64,000 nt of DNA, taken from IMG/VR virus record IMGVR_UViG_3300020186_000013, positions 144,146 through 208,145 of that record. One strand, 5' to 3'. Made by a program: the position numbers and the translations under genes. This document shows positions 18,015 to 27,295 of the stretch, in pieces. Each line of letters opens with the position of its first letter. Positions within the stretch are counted from its first letter, which is position 1. Under the pieces are notes generated by a model, which made no database searches, was not told the DNA's origin, and saw only the letters and a program-made list of their open reading frames with translations.

Positions 18015-18811
18015 TAGAAGAGATCCTCCGCAGCGAGGTGCTGCCGAACGATGCTGGGGCCGGACTTGAGCAGCTCATCGTAGTTGATGATCCGCTCCTG
18101 CATGGAGCGGTTCCGCAAGCGGCGGATGTTGGGACGCGGGATGCGACGCGGTGACAGGTCGAGGAACTCGAACACCCGCTGCATCTCACTCTCGAAGTGC
18201 AGAGTCAGATCCTTGTACCGGACGAGGAGCTGGTCCTCGCTGCTGGCCTGGACCTTGGCCCGTGTCGACTCCCAGTCCCACACGAAGGCCGTCAGCTCAG
18301 CCGAGTCAAGGCGAATCGCTGAAGGGCGGACGTGGGACAGAGGTTCGCCGCCGCCGACGAACCACCGCTGGGTCTTCTCGGCCTGCTTCTTCGACACGAA
18401 ACAAGCAATCGGGTTACGGAGGACGTGGACGACACAGAAGTCGCCCTCGTGCGTCCGCTGCTTGAACAGGTCGTACAGCTCGTACTGTCGCACCGCCGCG
18501 TACGGGGTACGGACGCCGATCACCCGTTCGTCGTGGAGCGGGTTGTCGAACACCTGGTTGGCCAGGTAGCGGTTAGGATTGGTCTCGGGCGTGAACCACT
18601 CGGGCAGCCGAGCGGGGTCCCGCGTCGGGCCGAAGTATTCCTCGTGGGACGCCCGACGGATCGCCTCACTCGGGTTGAACAGGTTAAGGTGGCAAACCGC
18701 CTCCCCAAGCTGATTGATGACGCCCTGAACAACCGCCGCACCGCTCCGCACCTCGCCGACCAGGGCGAAGTTGAGGACAGTCGCCGGTCGTTTGGACGAA
18801 GACGCTGACAT
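18014..18811 (-). CDS. Stf0-like sulfotransferase-fold protein
   Basis: FALVGEVRSGAA..., VVHVLRNPIACFVSKKQAEKTQRW, VRYKDL....ESEMQRVFEFLDL. Confidence 0.7.
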   Translation of the reverse strand: MSASSSKRPATVLNFALVGEVRSGAAVVQGVINQLGEAVCHLNLFNPSEAIRRASHEEYFGPTRDPARLPEWFTPETNPNRYLANQVFDNPLHDERVIGVRTPYAAVRQYELYDLFKQRTHEGDFCVVHVLRNPIACFVSKKQAEKTQRWFVGGGEPLSHVRPSAIRLDSAELTAFVWDWESTRAKVQASSEDQLLVRYKDLTLHFESEMQRVFEFLDLSPRRIPRPNIRRLRNRSMQERIINYDELLKSGPSIVRQHLAAEDLF

Positions 18812-18889
18812 GGCACTTAACATCCTTCAAATCTCCGTGAAGGTAGTGGACTCGCCCTGGCATACTAGCCGTGGCAGTTGATACAAAAC

Positions 18890-20050
18890 TCAGACGACAG
18901 GTGCAGTCCTTACACCCGTCACGAGATCCGTCTCGTCCACAACCCTCTTGGTCGCCTTCAACCCCAATCCGTAGGTGTCGCACAACGCGGTCAGGTACGC
19001 CACGTCCGCGTCCCCGAACCCGCAGTAACCCTTGTACTCGGGACCGCCGAAGGCCCCCATGAACTCCTCCTGGGGCCGTCGGTTGCGGTCGTAGTAGAAC
19101 CCGACCGACAGCATGTGGGCCGGCAGCACGTCGCCGACGAGCACGCCCACGGCCGGGACCGGTGCGTTGTCGATGACGACCCGCTTGTGAGCGGAGTGCT
19201 TCTTCCAGAACTCGGTCAGCTCGTCGTCGGCGTCCTCGTCGTACCGCTGGTGACTCCGCACGTGGAGCATCGTCGTGCTAATCCCGTTTTCGTCCTCGTG
19301 CAGGAAGATCGTCGACGTCTTGATGTTGATGCGGACCTGCCGCTTGAGCATCGTCGTCAGCGAGTCCGTGCGGAGGGCCATCTGGTACATGAGCCGCATC
19401 GGGTGCGAGTTCTCATCGTCCTCCCAGTTGGCGATGTAGTCCCCCGTGGCGATCTTGAGCCCCTCGTTTCGCATCGCCCCGTAGCCCATGAGTGGCACAC
19501 GGTGCTCGGTAATCTCGGGGTGGTCCCACGGCACCACGATCGTCGGCAGGGACACCTCCTTCGTGACGCCGTTTGCGTCCGTGGTGGTGACGACCTCGGG
19601 CACCGGGTCGATGCCGTTGATAATGATGAGTTGCTTGCGGGGGTAGACCTGCTTGAGGAAGCAGGTGACGGCCTGCCGGGCGTGGTTCACCCGACGCGGG
19701 TCCTTGATGACCATCAGGGCCGTGACCATCGGCTGCCGCACCGACGGGGGCGGCAGGTTCGCCCGAGGTGAGGCAGCCACCGTTGGAACTGGCCGCTCGG
19801 TGAGGGCAGCCACACGCGGGACCACGGCGGACTCTTCGGGCAGCGACTCGACCTGGGTGACCCGTCGCTCAGACTTCGGGGCATCCGGTATTGACGATGA
19901 GGCCATGATCGTGCCGGGCTTGATGGCCGGGACGACCCCCAGTCTCTCCTGCTCCTTCTTCTTCTCCAGCATCGCCGCGAGTTGTTCAGAACTCATGGCC
20001 TGCAAAAAGGCTTCCATGGGCAGACGTGCGGTCGCTTGAGACGTAGACAT
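18890..20050 (-). CDS. Glycosyltransferase, GT2-like, with low-complexity N-terminus
   Basis: PMVTALMV...AVTCFLKQVYPRKQLIIIN...YGAMRNEGLKIATGDYIANWEDDE. Confidence 0.75.
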   Translation of the reverse strand: MSTSQATARLPMEAFLQAMSSEQLAAMLEKKKEQERLGVVPAIKPGTIMASSSIPDAPKSERRVTQVESLPEESAVVPRVAALTERPVPTVAASPRANLPPPSVRQPMVTALMVIKDPRRVNHARQAVTCFLKQVYPRKQLIIINGIDPVPEVVTTTDANGVTKEVSLPTIVVPWDHPEITEHRVPLMGYGAMRNEGLKIATGDYIANWEDDENSHPMRLMYQMALRTDSLTTMLKRQVRINIKTSTIFLHEDENGISTTMLHVRSHQRYDEDADDELTEFWKKHSAHKRVVIDNAPVPAVGVLVGDVLPAHMLSVGFYYDRNRRPQEEFMGAFGGPEYKGYCGFGDADVAYLTALCDTYGLGLKATKRVVDETDLVTGVRTAPVV

Positions 20051-20200
20051 CTTGTCTCCGACAGGGATGACTCACCAAACAGTTGATTGGGCAACATTAC
20101 CCGAAAAGGGGACACCCGGCAAGCGAAGTTGGCCTGATAAGTGCGTTAAGCCCTCATTTGAGAGCTCAACCAACGGCTTAACGCAAAAACGCACGAGAGC

Positions 20201-20878
20201 TTACGCCTCGGCGGATTTCGGCATTTCCACTGGGAACTCACAAAAACCAGGCGAAACGCGAGGCTCACGAGGCACACCCTCCTCATCGGCGTACACGGCC
20301 TTGGCAGCGTCCACGTCGAGTTGAGCACTGTACTTCTCCCAAGCGAGAACCTTGGCCTCCATTTCGGGTGACAACATGGTCTCACCGGGTTCGACGGCGA
20401 TGTCAACCTGCGGCAGCTTCTGCTTACACTGACGCACAGCGTAAACGTCATGTCCGGAGACGAGGGGCTCGGGGTGGTGGGTAGTGTCGACCGTGATGTC
20501 GCCGCCCATCGCTTTTTCGAGCCTGGTCACGGGCCGAGCGTGGATGCTCGCGTCACCATCGTCTTTCTTGTAGGACACGACCATCGGCCCCACTTCCACG
20601 CCGTGAACGAGTGTGGAACTGTGTCCCGCGTCAGCCTGCTTGACGGCGTACTGCATCGCCTGCTGGAGGCCGAAGTGCGGGTTGTGGATGGTCGCAATGC
20701 CGTCCCGCACCATGGGCTTAGGCTCGGCCTCTTCGAGGTCGTGCGGCAGTTGCACTGGCACCCGCTCGACAGTCGGCAACTCGGGCACGCGGAGCAGCCC
20801 CAACGTGCGGTAGACCGCCAGCACGCACAGCACCGCCAAGCACAGCAAGATCCCGGTAAGGATCACGGTAACGTCCAT
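20201..20878 (-). CDS. Membrane-anchored hypothetical protein
   Basis: GGAG SD; N-terminal hydrophobic helix VILTGILLCLAVLCVLAVY. Confidence 0.7.
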   Translation of the reverse strand: MDVTVILTGILLCLAVLCVLAVYRTLGLLRVPELPTVERVPVQLPHDLEEAEPKPMVRDGIATIHNPHFGLQQAMQYAVKQADAGHSSTLVHGVEVGPMVVSYKKDDGDASIHARPVTRLEKAMGGDITVDTTHHPEPLVSGHDVYAVRQCKQKLPQVDIAVEPGETMLSPEMEAKVLAWEKYSAQLDVDAAKAVYADEEGVPREPRVSPGFCEFPVEMPKSAEA

Positions 20879-20904
20879 ATGCGACTCCAATGGGTAAAAG
20901 AAAG

Positions 20905-20931
20905 AACGGCCCCAGCTTAGCTGGAGCCGTT
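20905..20931 (-). terminator. Probable rho-independent terminator
   Basis: AACGGC-CCCAGC-TTA-GCTGGA-GCCGTT near-perfect hairpin followed by CTTTCTTTT on the minus strand. Confidence 0.55.
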
Positions 20932-21050
20932 CGTGTGGTCGAGTCAGGTGAGGACAAAAGACAACGAGTCTATCTCGGCCGTCATTCCCAGTGGTGTAAC
21001 TTAGGGTTTTCGTGACAGTAACCGAGAATCCTCACCTGACCCTTATCGGG

Positions 21051-21923
21051 TCACACCTTTACGGTGCGGGCGATGGCTTGTCGCGTCTCGGACAGGCCGT
21101 TCTTCGCCGCCGGTGTGTTGGTGAGGCACTCCAAGATCTGCCACTCCTCGGGGGTCGGTGGCGGGTCGAACGTGCGGAGGTGAGTGGTCACCTGGTCCCA
21201 AACCTTCCATTGGCCCTGGAGGTCGGCGATCGGGATCGTGCACTTGGACGTCGGTCCGAAGGCCACGTCGGACTCGACGATGCGGATACGAGGGGGCTCG
21301 GCCATGACTGCCTTCCATTCTTGGGTGTTGGGGTTGCACCCGTTCGCCACGTAGTCCTTCACCGCCCGGATCTGGTTCTCCCAGTAGGCGATGAACTCGG
21401 CTGCGGCCTCGGGTGTGGCGGACGCCATGCGGCGGCTGGCAGGGGTGTCGTCGGAGCAGCCGCCGTACGGCGACCGGAGGAAGAAGATGGTCTCCTGGGT
21501 CTTGTCGGGCCAGCACTCGGTGTCGAAGCCGACTTCCCGGAACGTGTCCTTGACGATCTTCTTACCGGGGCAGCCCTCGACCGCGATGCTCGTTATCTCG
21601 TCCGGCACAGTGGTAGTCTCCAGGCACTTTTGGTGGGCGAACTCTTCGCCGTAGTTGAACACGAACACGCCCTTAGCCTGATACGATCCTCGGCAAACCC
21701 GACAGACGTTGAGGAGCTGAGCCTCCTTGACGCTGAGTGTGCCGGTCATCCTCGCCAGGCACGCGGCACGAAGCTCTTTCATCTTCGCACGCATGTGGGC
21801 CAGCTGGTCCTCGTGCGTGTGGTACGCCGCACGAAGCCACTTCAGGGCTTCCTTGTCGCCGTACTTGAGCACTCGCTCGATCTGCTCGTTGGCCTGCTTG
21901 ATCTCTTCGTCTGTGCGTGGCAT
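21051..21923 (-). CDS. Hypothetical protein (290 aa)
   Basis: Coding-like ORF; CRVC...HQKC metal-binding-like motif. Confidence 0.7.
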   Translation of the reverse strand: MPRTDEEIKQANEQIERVLKYGDKEALKWLRAAYHTHEDQLAHMRAKMKELRAACLARMTGTLSVKEAQLLNVCRVCRGSYQAKGVFVFNYGEEFAHQKCLETTTVPDEITSIAVEGCPGKKIVKDTFREVGFDTECWPDKTQETIFFLRSPYGGCSDDTPASRRMASATPEAAAEFIAYWENQIRAVKDYVANGCNPNTQEWKAVMAEPPRIRIVESDVAFGPTSKCTIPIADLQGQWKVWDQVTTHLRTFDPPPTPEEWQILECLTNTPAAKNGLSETRQAIARTVKV

Positions 21924-21931
21924 GGAGTTGA

Positions 21932-22005
21932 ACCCACCGGCGGGACTCGAACCCGCATAATCCCGCTTAGAAGGCGGTCGCTCTACGCGATTGAGCTACG
22001 GGAGG
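21932..22005 (-). tRNA. tRNA-Arg(UCU)
   Basis: Cloverleaf: GCTC/GAGC D stem, anticodon loop CTTCTAA, T arm GCGGG-TTCGAGT-CCCGC; no encoded CCA. Confidence 0.9.
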
Positions 22006-22009
22006 ATAG

Positions 22010-22081
22010 TCGGGGTGGCAGGACTCGAACCTGCGACTTCATGGTTATGAGCCATGCGAGCTGCCTCTGCTCTACACCCCA
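22010..22081 (-). tRNA. tRNA-Met(CAU), initiator-like
   Basis: TGGGGTG/CACCCCG acceptor stem with U1.G72; GAGC/GCTC D stem (A11:U24); CATGG-CTCATAA-CCATG; GCAGG-TTCGAGT-CCTGC. Confidence 0.9.
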
Positions 22082-22207
22082 ATAGTACGTCTGCTGCATC
22101 CAAGGACTACAGCAGACGCCCTGTGGCCACGCTGGCGATCCTTCGCCACCGCGACAGCGGAGAATCTACCCAAGGCGGTAGACCCGCACAAGTCCAAAAG
22201 CCAGTTT

Positions 22208-22441
22208 CTACACCTTCATCGCGACCTTCTTCGCTTCCTTGATCATCGCGTCGATGACGGTGTCTAGCCGCTTGTGCAAGTTGCACCGCAGACGCGGGTG
22301 GTCGATCACGGTCGGCGTCATCGACATCACCTGGGACGACTCGACGTCGGAGCACTTCTCAGCCCGCCCGTCGAACGTGACCACGTACACCTCGCACTTG
22401 ACTAGGACCGTTGCCATTTTGATTTCGTCGGCGTTGAGCAT
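22208..22441 (-). CDS. Small hypothetical protein
   Basis: Coding-like ORF from ATG 22441. Confidence 0.55.
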   Translation of the reverse strand: MLNADEIKMATVLVKCEVYVVTFDGRAEKCSDVESSQVMSMTPTVIDHPRLRCNLHKRLDTVIDAMIKEAKKVAMKV

Positions 22442-22446
22442 GGTGA

Positions 22447-23232
22447 CTACTTCTCTGGTGTGATCGACTCCTTTGCTAATGTAGGCCCGCTGACGTGTTC
22501 CAACCACACCTGATACACCGCCAAGACGGTTGCCAGCCGAACGCCGGGCCGATTGTTGAAGTACGTGTAGTCGTCGTGGTGGGCCGGGTTCCACCGGCTG
22601 TTCTGCAACGCCCCGCCGTCCTGGGTGCCGTGGCCGATGTGGTGTACGACGCTGCCGCAGTCCGTAGTCTCGTCCGTAAATAGCTGCATGTCCCGAAACA
22701 GCGACGACAGGAAGTAGGCAGCGAAGTAGTTGCCGTCGGTGACGTTACGGACGTGCTCGGTCTCACGGAACACGGACCGGAAGAACTCGGGCGTCACCCG
22801 CAGCCAGTCGAGGTCGACGACGCCAAAGTTGAACCAGTTGGGCCAGTAGTCATCACCGCCGTGGTTGCCCATCCACGTGCCCGCGTGCTTGCCCCTGTTG
22901 CTTAACTCGGACACGAACCGACACACTTCTCGCTTATCGAGCAAGACCATGTCGTCGTGCATGAGTAAGGCGTACCTGGCATCGCTCTTGATGGCCGCTG
23001 CGAGGCCCAGCAGGTTGCCCATGACGTGGTGCAGGTTGACCTGCGTCCACAGGTGGGTGTTAAGGCTGTCCGCTTCCTTGGTCGGCGGGCCGTTGGACCC
23101 GAGCGGGTCGTTGTCGACCACGATCGTCTGCATCGACCCGCACGTGGACTTGAGGGCCAGGTCCAGGTACTTGCGGCCAGGCTTGTACTCCCCGGCCGCG
23201 ACGATCACTACTGCCATCTCATCCCACGTCAT
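22447..23232 (-). CDS. GT-A-fold (GT2-like) protein
   Basis: VVIVAA...IVVDND...GLAAAIKSDARYALLMHDDMVLL. Confidence 0.6.
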   Translation of the reverse strand: MTWDEMAVVIVAAGEYKPGRKYLDLALKSTCGSMQTIVVDNDPLGSNGPPTKEADSLNTHLWTQVNLHHVMGNLLGLAAAIKSDARYALLMHDDMVLLDKREVCRFVSELSNRGKHAGTWMGNHGGDDYWPNWFNFGVVDLDWLRVTPEFFRSVFRETEHVRNVTDGNYFAAYFLSSLFRDMQLFTDETTDCGSVVHHIGHGTQDGGALQNSRWNPAHHDDYTYFNNRPGVRLATVLAVYQVWLEHVSGPTLAKESITPEK

Positions 23233-23968
23233 CCGGCACCTCGACGGTCATGTCACGCATGTACTTCCGACTCTTGACCCCGGCATAGGGGTCCCACACA
23301 GAGCCGAAGTCGATCAAGGACAGCCGCTGCCCCGCCCAGGCGTGCATCTCATGGATCAGGAGCTTGGCGGGCATGCCTGCCGAGAACGACACCACGCTCC
23401 CCACGGGTAGCGACTCGGTCGCCGCCTTGACCTCACGCAGCAGGTGGTCGCGGGAGATGTAGCTGTTCTTCGGGGGGACGGTGATGAACTCCCGGTAGCC
23501 CAGGAACTTCTTCAGGCGGGAGAGGTGCGGAGGACCAACCATCACCAGGGGCACGGACCGCAGGGCTTCGAGCATCGGGCCGAACGTCCTCGCCTGGGAG
23601 GCGTTGTGGAACACGTCGGCGTCGATCCAGTCGAGCACGTTCAGGTAGTTCTGGTCGATCCAGGATTCGATGCGGCCGTCGAACACGCGGCGGGCAAGGC
23701 CCTGGAGGCCGAGCACATAGGGCGGCTTGGCCAGCAGGACGTTCTTCAGTTCGGCACCCATCTGCGGGAAGTACCGGTGGCCGTCGCAGTTCTGGCCACG
23801 GTCCCGGCCGAAGACGGAGTACCATTCTCCGTCGCCCCACCGGCTGAAGGTCACCGGCTGCCGTGCTACAACCTTCGCCACAAACTCTTCCAGCGGTCGT
23901 TCCTTGACCTGCATGAGTATCACCTGATGAGGGGCCACTGGGGGCTTGACGGCCTGAGCCGCATCCAT
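23219..23968 (-). CDS. GT-D-fold glycosyltransferase (DUF1792-like)
   Basis: PVTFSRWGDGEW signature; SFSAGMPAKLL and LIDFGSVWD; the true start may be ATG 23914. Confidence 0.7.
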   Translation of the reverse strand: MDAAQAVKPPVAPHQVILMQVKERPLEEFVAKVVARQPVTFSRWGDGEWYSVFGRDRGQNCDGHRYFPQMGAELKNVLLAKPPYVLGLQGLARRVFDGRIESWIDQNYLNVLDWIDADVFHNASQARTFGPMLEALRSVPLVMVGPPHLSRLKKFLGYREFITVPPKNSYISRDHLLREVKAATESLPVGSVVSFSAGMPAKLLIHEMHAWAGQRLSLIDFGSVWDPYAGVKSRKYMRDMTVEVPDDVG

Positions 23969-24621
23969 TGCCCCATTTTACCCCACTCCGGCATCTGGTG
24001 CAGAGCAGGAGCCTGTCGCACCCGCGTGATCCGGGTCAGCGTCCGCACGATCAGGTGCGGATATGCGGCCTTGATGACGTCGATCCCGCCCTGCTCCCGG
24101 TCGAGGACCGCGATCACCGCCGACGGGAAGACACGCTCGCTCCGCTCCAGCTTCTGGAGGGCCTGGATCGTCGAGCCGCCCGTGGTGATCACGTCCTCCA
24201 GGAGGACGCAGGCGTTGGTCCGCTTGTTCTCCGTCTTGAACTCCACGCCCGAGTACGCCGACCCGCGAACGAGTGCGTCCTCGCCGTCCACCGAGCGAGC
24301 CGTGCCGTGAGCCTTGGCCTCCATGCGAACGATGAGGGCGGGCAGCAACTGCCCGTACTCCCACGCCACCTGTGACACGCCCGACGCCAAGGGCACCGCC
24401 CCGACGGCCACACCGGCGAAGCAGTCGATGTCGTGCACGCCCGCCAGGGCCTCGCGGCACGTCGCCACCATCAAAGCTCGACCGGCACACGGGTGCAGCA
24501 ACGCCGTCTTGACGTCGATGTACTCGGTCGACTTCAGGCCCGACGCCAGGGTGAAGTCGCCCGTCTTATAGGAGTAGTGCTTCAACAGGGCGTCGATGAG
24601 GGTGCGTTCGTCTTCCGTCAT
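23920..24621 (-). CDS. pyrE: Orotate phosphoribosyltransferase
   Basis: GDFTLASGLKSTEYIDVK, GVAVGAVPLA, VRMEAKAHG, PRPP-binding VLLEDVITTGGS; GGAG SD. Confidence 0.9.
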   Translation of the reverse strand: MTEDERTLIDALLKHYSYKTGDFTLASGLKSTEYIDVKTALLHPCAGRALMVATCREALAGVHDIDCFAGVAVGAVPLASGVSQVAWEYGQLLPALIVRMEAKAHGTARSVDGEDALVRGSAYSGVEFKTENKRTNACVLLEDVITTGGSTIQALQKLERSERVFPSAVIAVLDREQGGIDVIKAAYPHLIVRTLTRITRVRQAPALHQMPEWGKMGQWMRLRPSSPQWPLIR

Positions 24622-24650
24622 GGCGTCTCCACAGTGAGTAAGTGGGTGAT

Positions 24651-25043
24651 TCATTGCGGGATGGGGAGGTGGGCGTAGGCAAACCCCTTGACACCGGCCT
24701 CGGCCAGCACCCGCTGGGTCTGCTCGGTTTCCGCCCACTCCTTGGGTGGGTCGGAGACACCGGCGTCCACGTCCTGCCGCGTTATCACGTTCGCGGCCAG
24801 TTCGAGGCTACGCCGGAACCTGGCGACCAGCTCGTCAATGGTGCCGATCCACACGTCGTGTAGGACGTTGATCGTCTTCTCGCAGGCATCGGTGTCGGTG
24901 TCCTTCAGCGAGCAGAGCTTGACCTCCACCTTCCGACTGCACGACTGCGTAATCAGGATCTTGTCCTTCAGCGGGAACAGACTGGCACCGCCCCCCATGC
25001 AGAACCGGGTGGTGTCGATGTTTGGTTTCTTCGCGGGCTCCAC
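24651..25043 (-). CDS. Hypothetical protein (130 aa)
   Basis: Coding-like ORF. Confidence 0.65.
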   Translation of the reverse strand: MEPAKKPNIDTTRFCMGGGASLFPLKDKILITQSCSRKVEVKLCSLKDTDTDACEKTINVLHDVWIGTIDELVARFRRSLELAANVITRQDVDAGVSDPPKEWAETEQTQRVLAEAGVKGFAYAHLPIPQ

Positions 25044-25051
25044 GGGAACTC

Positions 25052-25282
25052 CTACTCGGCTCGGGTAATGATGACGTCGCAGTCGTCGGCCTCGATCAAG
25101 ACGTCATTCACGGGGATAAGAAGTCCGAGGTGGGCTTGCACGCCGAAGGCCGTCGCCTCGAACTTCACGGACTGGATCGGATGGGCGATGGGGACGCCGT
25201 TGAGTTCGATCGTCGCCTTGCCGTCCTTGATGACGAGCTTGAACGAGTCTGCCACGGCGTCTCTCCAGGGGGTGTCAGTCAT
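25052..25282 (-). CDS. Small hypothetical protein
   Basis: Coding-like ORF. Confidence 0.6.
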   Translation of the reverse strand: MTDTPWRDAVADSFKLVIKDGKATIELNGVPIAHPIQSVKFEATAFGVQAHLGLLIPVNDVLIEADDCDVIITRAE

Positions 25283-25652
25283 TGCTGCGTTCAACGTAGA
25301 CGGCGAGGATGTCGTCCTCGCGGACGATGATGGTGTTCTCGCAGCCGGGGACTTCCACGCCCGCGTACCGGGTGTACAGGACGTGCTGGCCGGTCTTCAC
25401 CGCGATCGGCTTGACCGTCCCATCGGCCAGCGTGCGGCCGGGGCCAATCACGAGGACAGTGCCCATCGACGGCTTGTCCCGAGCCCGATCCGGCAGCAGG
25501 ATGCCGCCGGGCGTCTTCGTGACGGCCTCATCGGTCAGGATAACCACGCGATCGTCCAGCGGGTCCACGAACGGTTCCTTCTTCTTGACCGGAGAGTCGG
25601 CCGTCTTGGGCGTCTTTTCCAACTCGTGTTTAAGATCGAACGTCTTGGCCAT
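25275..25652 (-). CDS. groES: Co-chaperonin GroES with N-terminal extension
   Basis: PLDDRVVI...KTPGGILLPDRARDKPSMGTVLVIGPG...VKTGQHVLYTRYAG...IVREDDILAV. Confidence 0.95.
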   Translation of the reverse strand: MAKTFDLKHELEKTPKTADSPVKKKEPFVDPLDDRVVILTDEAVTKTPGGILLPDRARDKPSMGTVLVIGPGRTLADGTVKPIAVKTGQHVLYTRYAGVEVPGCENTIIVREDDILAVYVERSND

Positions 25653-25694
25653 GTTGCACCCGAGGTTGGTTGGTGCGTCCCTGCGAAACGAAGT

Positions 25695-25732
25695 CGGCTA
25701 CCGTGCCTTCCAGTGTCGGAGCATGGTAGCCG
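25695..25732. terminator. Hairpin between the membrane-protein gene and groES
   Basis: CGGCTACCGTGC...GCATGGTAGCCG 12-bp stem (one G.U) in the intergenic region. Confidence 0.4.
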
Positions 25733-25753
25733 GTGATATTCATAACGGCCAGA

Positions 25754-26353
25754 TCACTTGTCCTTCATGTCCATGGTCAGCTCGATCTCCTTCTCAACCG
25801 TCATCTTCTCTTGGAGCTTTGCCTGCTCCTCCCTCATCAGCTTGCGTTCGACCTCGTAGTCGAGCGGCTCCATCGTCGCGACGGCCGCGTTGCGTGCGTC
25901 CCAGCCCCTCTTCATCCCCCGGTACTCGGTGTTAAGTGCCTCCCAGTTCTTTCGGAGAGCGTCAAGGTCCGCCGATGTGCCCGTGAACAACTGGGGCGGC
26001 GTCACGATCAAGGTCAGCATCCGGTTGGTCTCTTCGACCAGCGGGACGAGGTCGTCCGGCGTCTCCAGCCACTTCTTGTGGTCCGCGACGAACACGGCCA
26101 GCATCTCGGTGTTCTTGTTCACCGCAGCCACCAACTCGTCTTCTTCCTCGTCCTCGACAGCCGGAGGCGTTTCCACGACCGGCCAGCCCCAGAACAAGGC
26201 CGTCACGCTGTCGGTCAGCAGCCGCAGCAGGCTGTGGACGAAGATGCACCCGAGGATCGTGAGCACGAAGCCCGCGACGATGACGATGCAACTGAACAAC
26301 ATCTGCGTCGAGGCGTTCCACTTGGAGAACGCCTCCATCCATTGGTCCTGCAT
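25754..26353 (-). CDS. N-terminal TM plus coiled-coil hypothetical protein
   Basis: MLFSCIVIVAGFVLTILGCIFV hydrophobic helix; GGAGAG SD. Confidence 0.7.
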   Translation of the reverse strand: MQDQWMEAFSKWNASTQMLFSCIVIVAGFVLTILGCIFVHSLLRLLTDSVTALFWGWPVVETPPAVEDEEEDELVAAVNKNTEMLAVFVADHKKWLETPDDLVPLVEETNRMLTLIVTPPQLFTGTSADLDALRKNWEALNTEYRGMKRGWDARNAAVATMEPLDYEVERKLMREEQAKLQEKMTVEKEIELTMDMKDK

Positions 26354-26418
26354 TACGCTCTCCGGGGGTTCAAAGGCGGTCCACAATCTTGACGGGTTTG
26401 TCGGTGTCGACGGCACGG

Positions 26419-26904
26419 TCAAAACATCACGCGGTAGCGGGGACCACGGAGGATGTAGAGGTTCTGGGGCAACGTCGCGAACGGCATGCTGATGCTGACG
26501 ACGTCGATCGTGTATCGCTTCTGCAACCACCACTGGAACCCGCGACGGAGGATCTCGTGGGCGACGGTACGCTTGGCCCGGTCCAGAGCCGACTCCCTGG
26601 CCACGAAGGAGCCGCCCGTCATCTGCGTGCGAATCGCGTCCCTGAACGTCTCCCGCAGCAAGTCCTTGTCGCCCACCAGCCGCAGGGCCGCAGCTACCTT
26701 CGGCTCTTCCCACTCGTCGAACCGGTCGGCAAGCACCATCGCCGAGAACTCCAGCTTGCCGTCCCACAGCTTAGCCAGCTCCTCGCCCACCCACGGGTCG
26801 TCGGCCCACATCGGGGCAATCGGCTGGTCGAGTACGTACCCCGCGAGAGCTGCATCAAGTGTGCGTTGCACGGCCGCGACCGTAGTCTCCACTTCGGTGC
26901 TCAT
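26419..26904 (-). CDS. Hypothetical protein with a degenerate TIGR02996-like segment
   Basis: AMVLADRFDEWEEPKVAAALR resembles the L(I/V)YADWLEExG..raefiR pattern. Confidence 0.55.
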   Translation of the reverse strand: MSTEVETTVAAVQRTLDAALAGYVLDQPIAPMWADDPWVGEELAKLWDGKLEFSAMVLADRFDEWEEPKVAAALRLVGDKDLLRETFRDAIRTQMTGGSFVARESALDRAKRTVAHEILRRGFQWWLQKRYTIDVVSISMPFATLPQNLYILRGPRYRVMF

Positions 26905-26906
26905 GG

Positions 26907-27269
26907 TCACTCCGGCTTCTTCGTGGGGTGGGGGTACGTCCGGGCGTGGATCTTGTCGGCCCAGTCGGCCGCATCCTTGCGGACATCGGGGTTGCGAGAC
27001 TTCCAGTCGCCTAGGTGCCCAATCCACAGGTGGTGAGTCGGGCACAGGGTGACGAAGTTGTCGCGTTCGAGTTCCTTGCTCGGGTCCCAGCTGACGGGCA
27101 TGACGTGGTGAACTTCGACGTTCTCGCGGTTGCCGCAGGCGGCACACCTCGGGTTGTCCTTCAACCAAGCCGCCCGGTACGACGGCCACTTGCCCGACCG
27201 GGCGACCAGCAACTCGATCTGGGGCCGCGTTGGTCCCAGGCCGACGACACGCAAGAGAAGTCCGATCAT
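26907..27269 (-). CDS. HNH endonuclease
   Basis: PRCAACG...VEVHHVMP...DNFVTLCPTHH. Confidence 0.9.
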   Translation of the reverse strand: MIGLLLRVVGLGPTRPQIELLVARSGKWPSYRAAWLKDNPRCAACGNRENVEVHHVMPVSWDPSKELERDNFVTLCPTHHLWIGHLGDWKSRNPDVRKDAADWADKIHARTYPHPTKKPE

Positions 27270-27295
27270 GGTAACCTTCCGTGGTTATCGCCCAC

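Noticed and set aside
20143-20184. GCGTTAAGCC...GGCTTAACGC inverted repeat as a terminator
   Set aside because: The 22-nt loop is long and the T-run lies on the 5' side for the transcribed (minus) strand. It could be an operator, but nothing supports that.
25653-25753. CIRCE/HrcA operator upstream of groES
   Set aside because: The inverted repeat does not match TTAGCACTC-N9-GAGTGCTAA.
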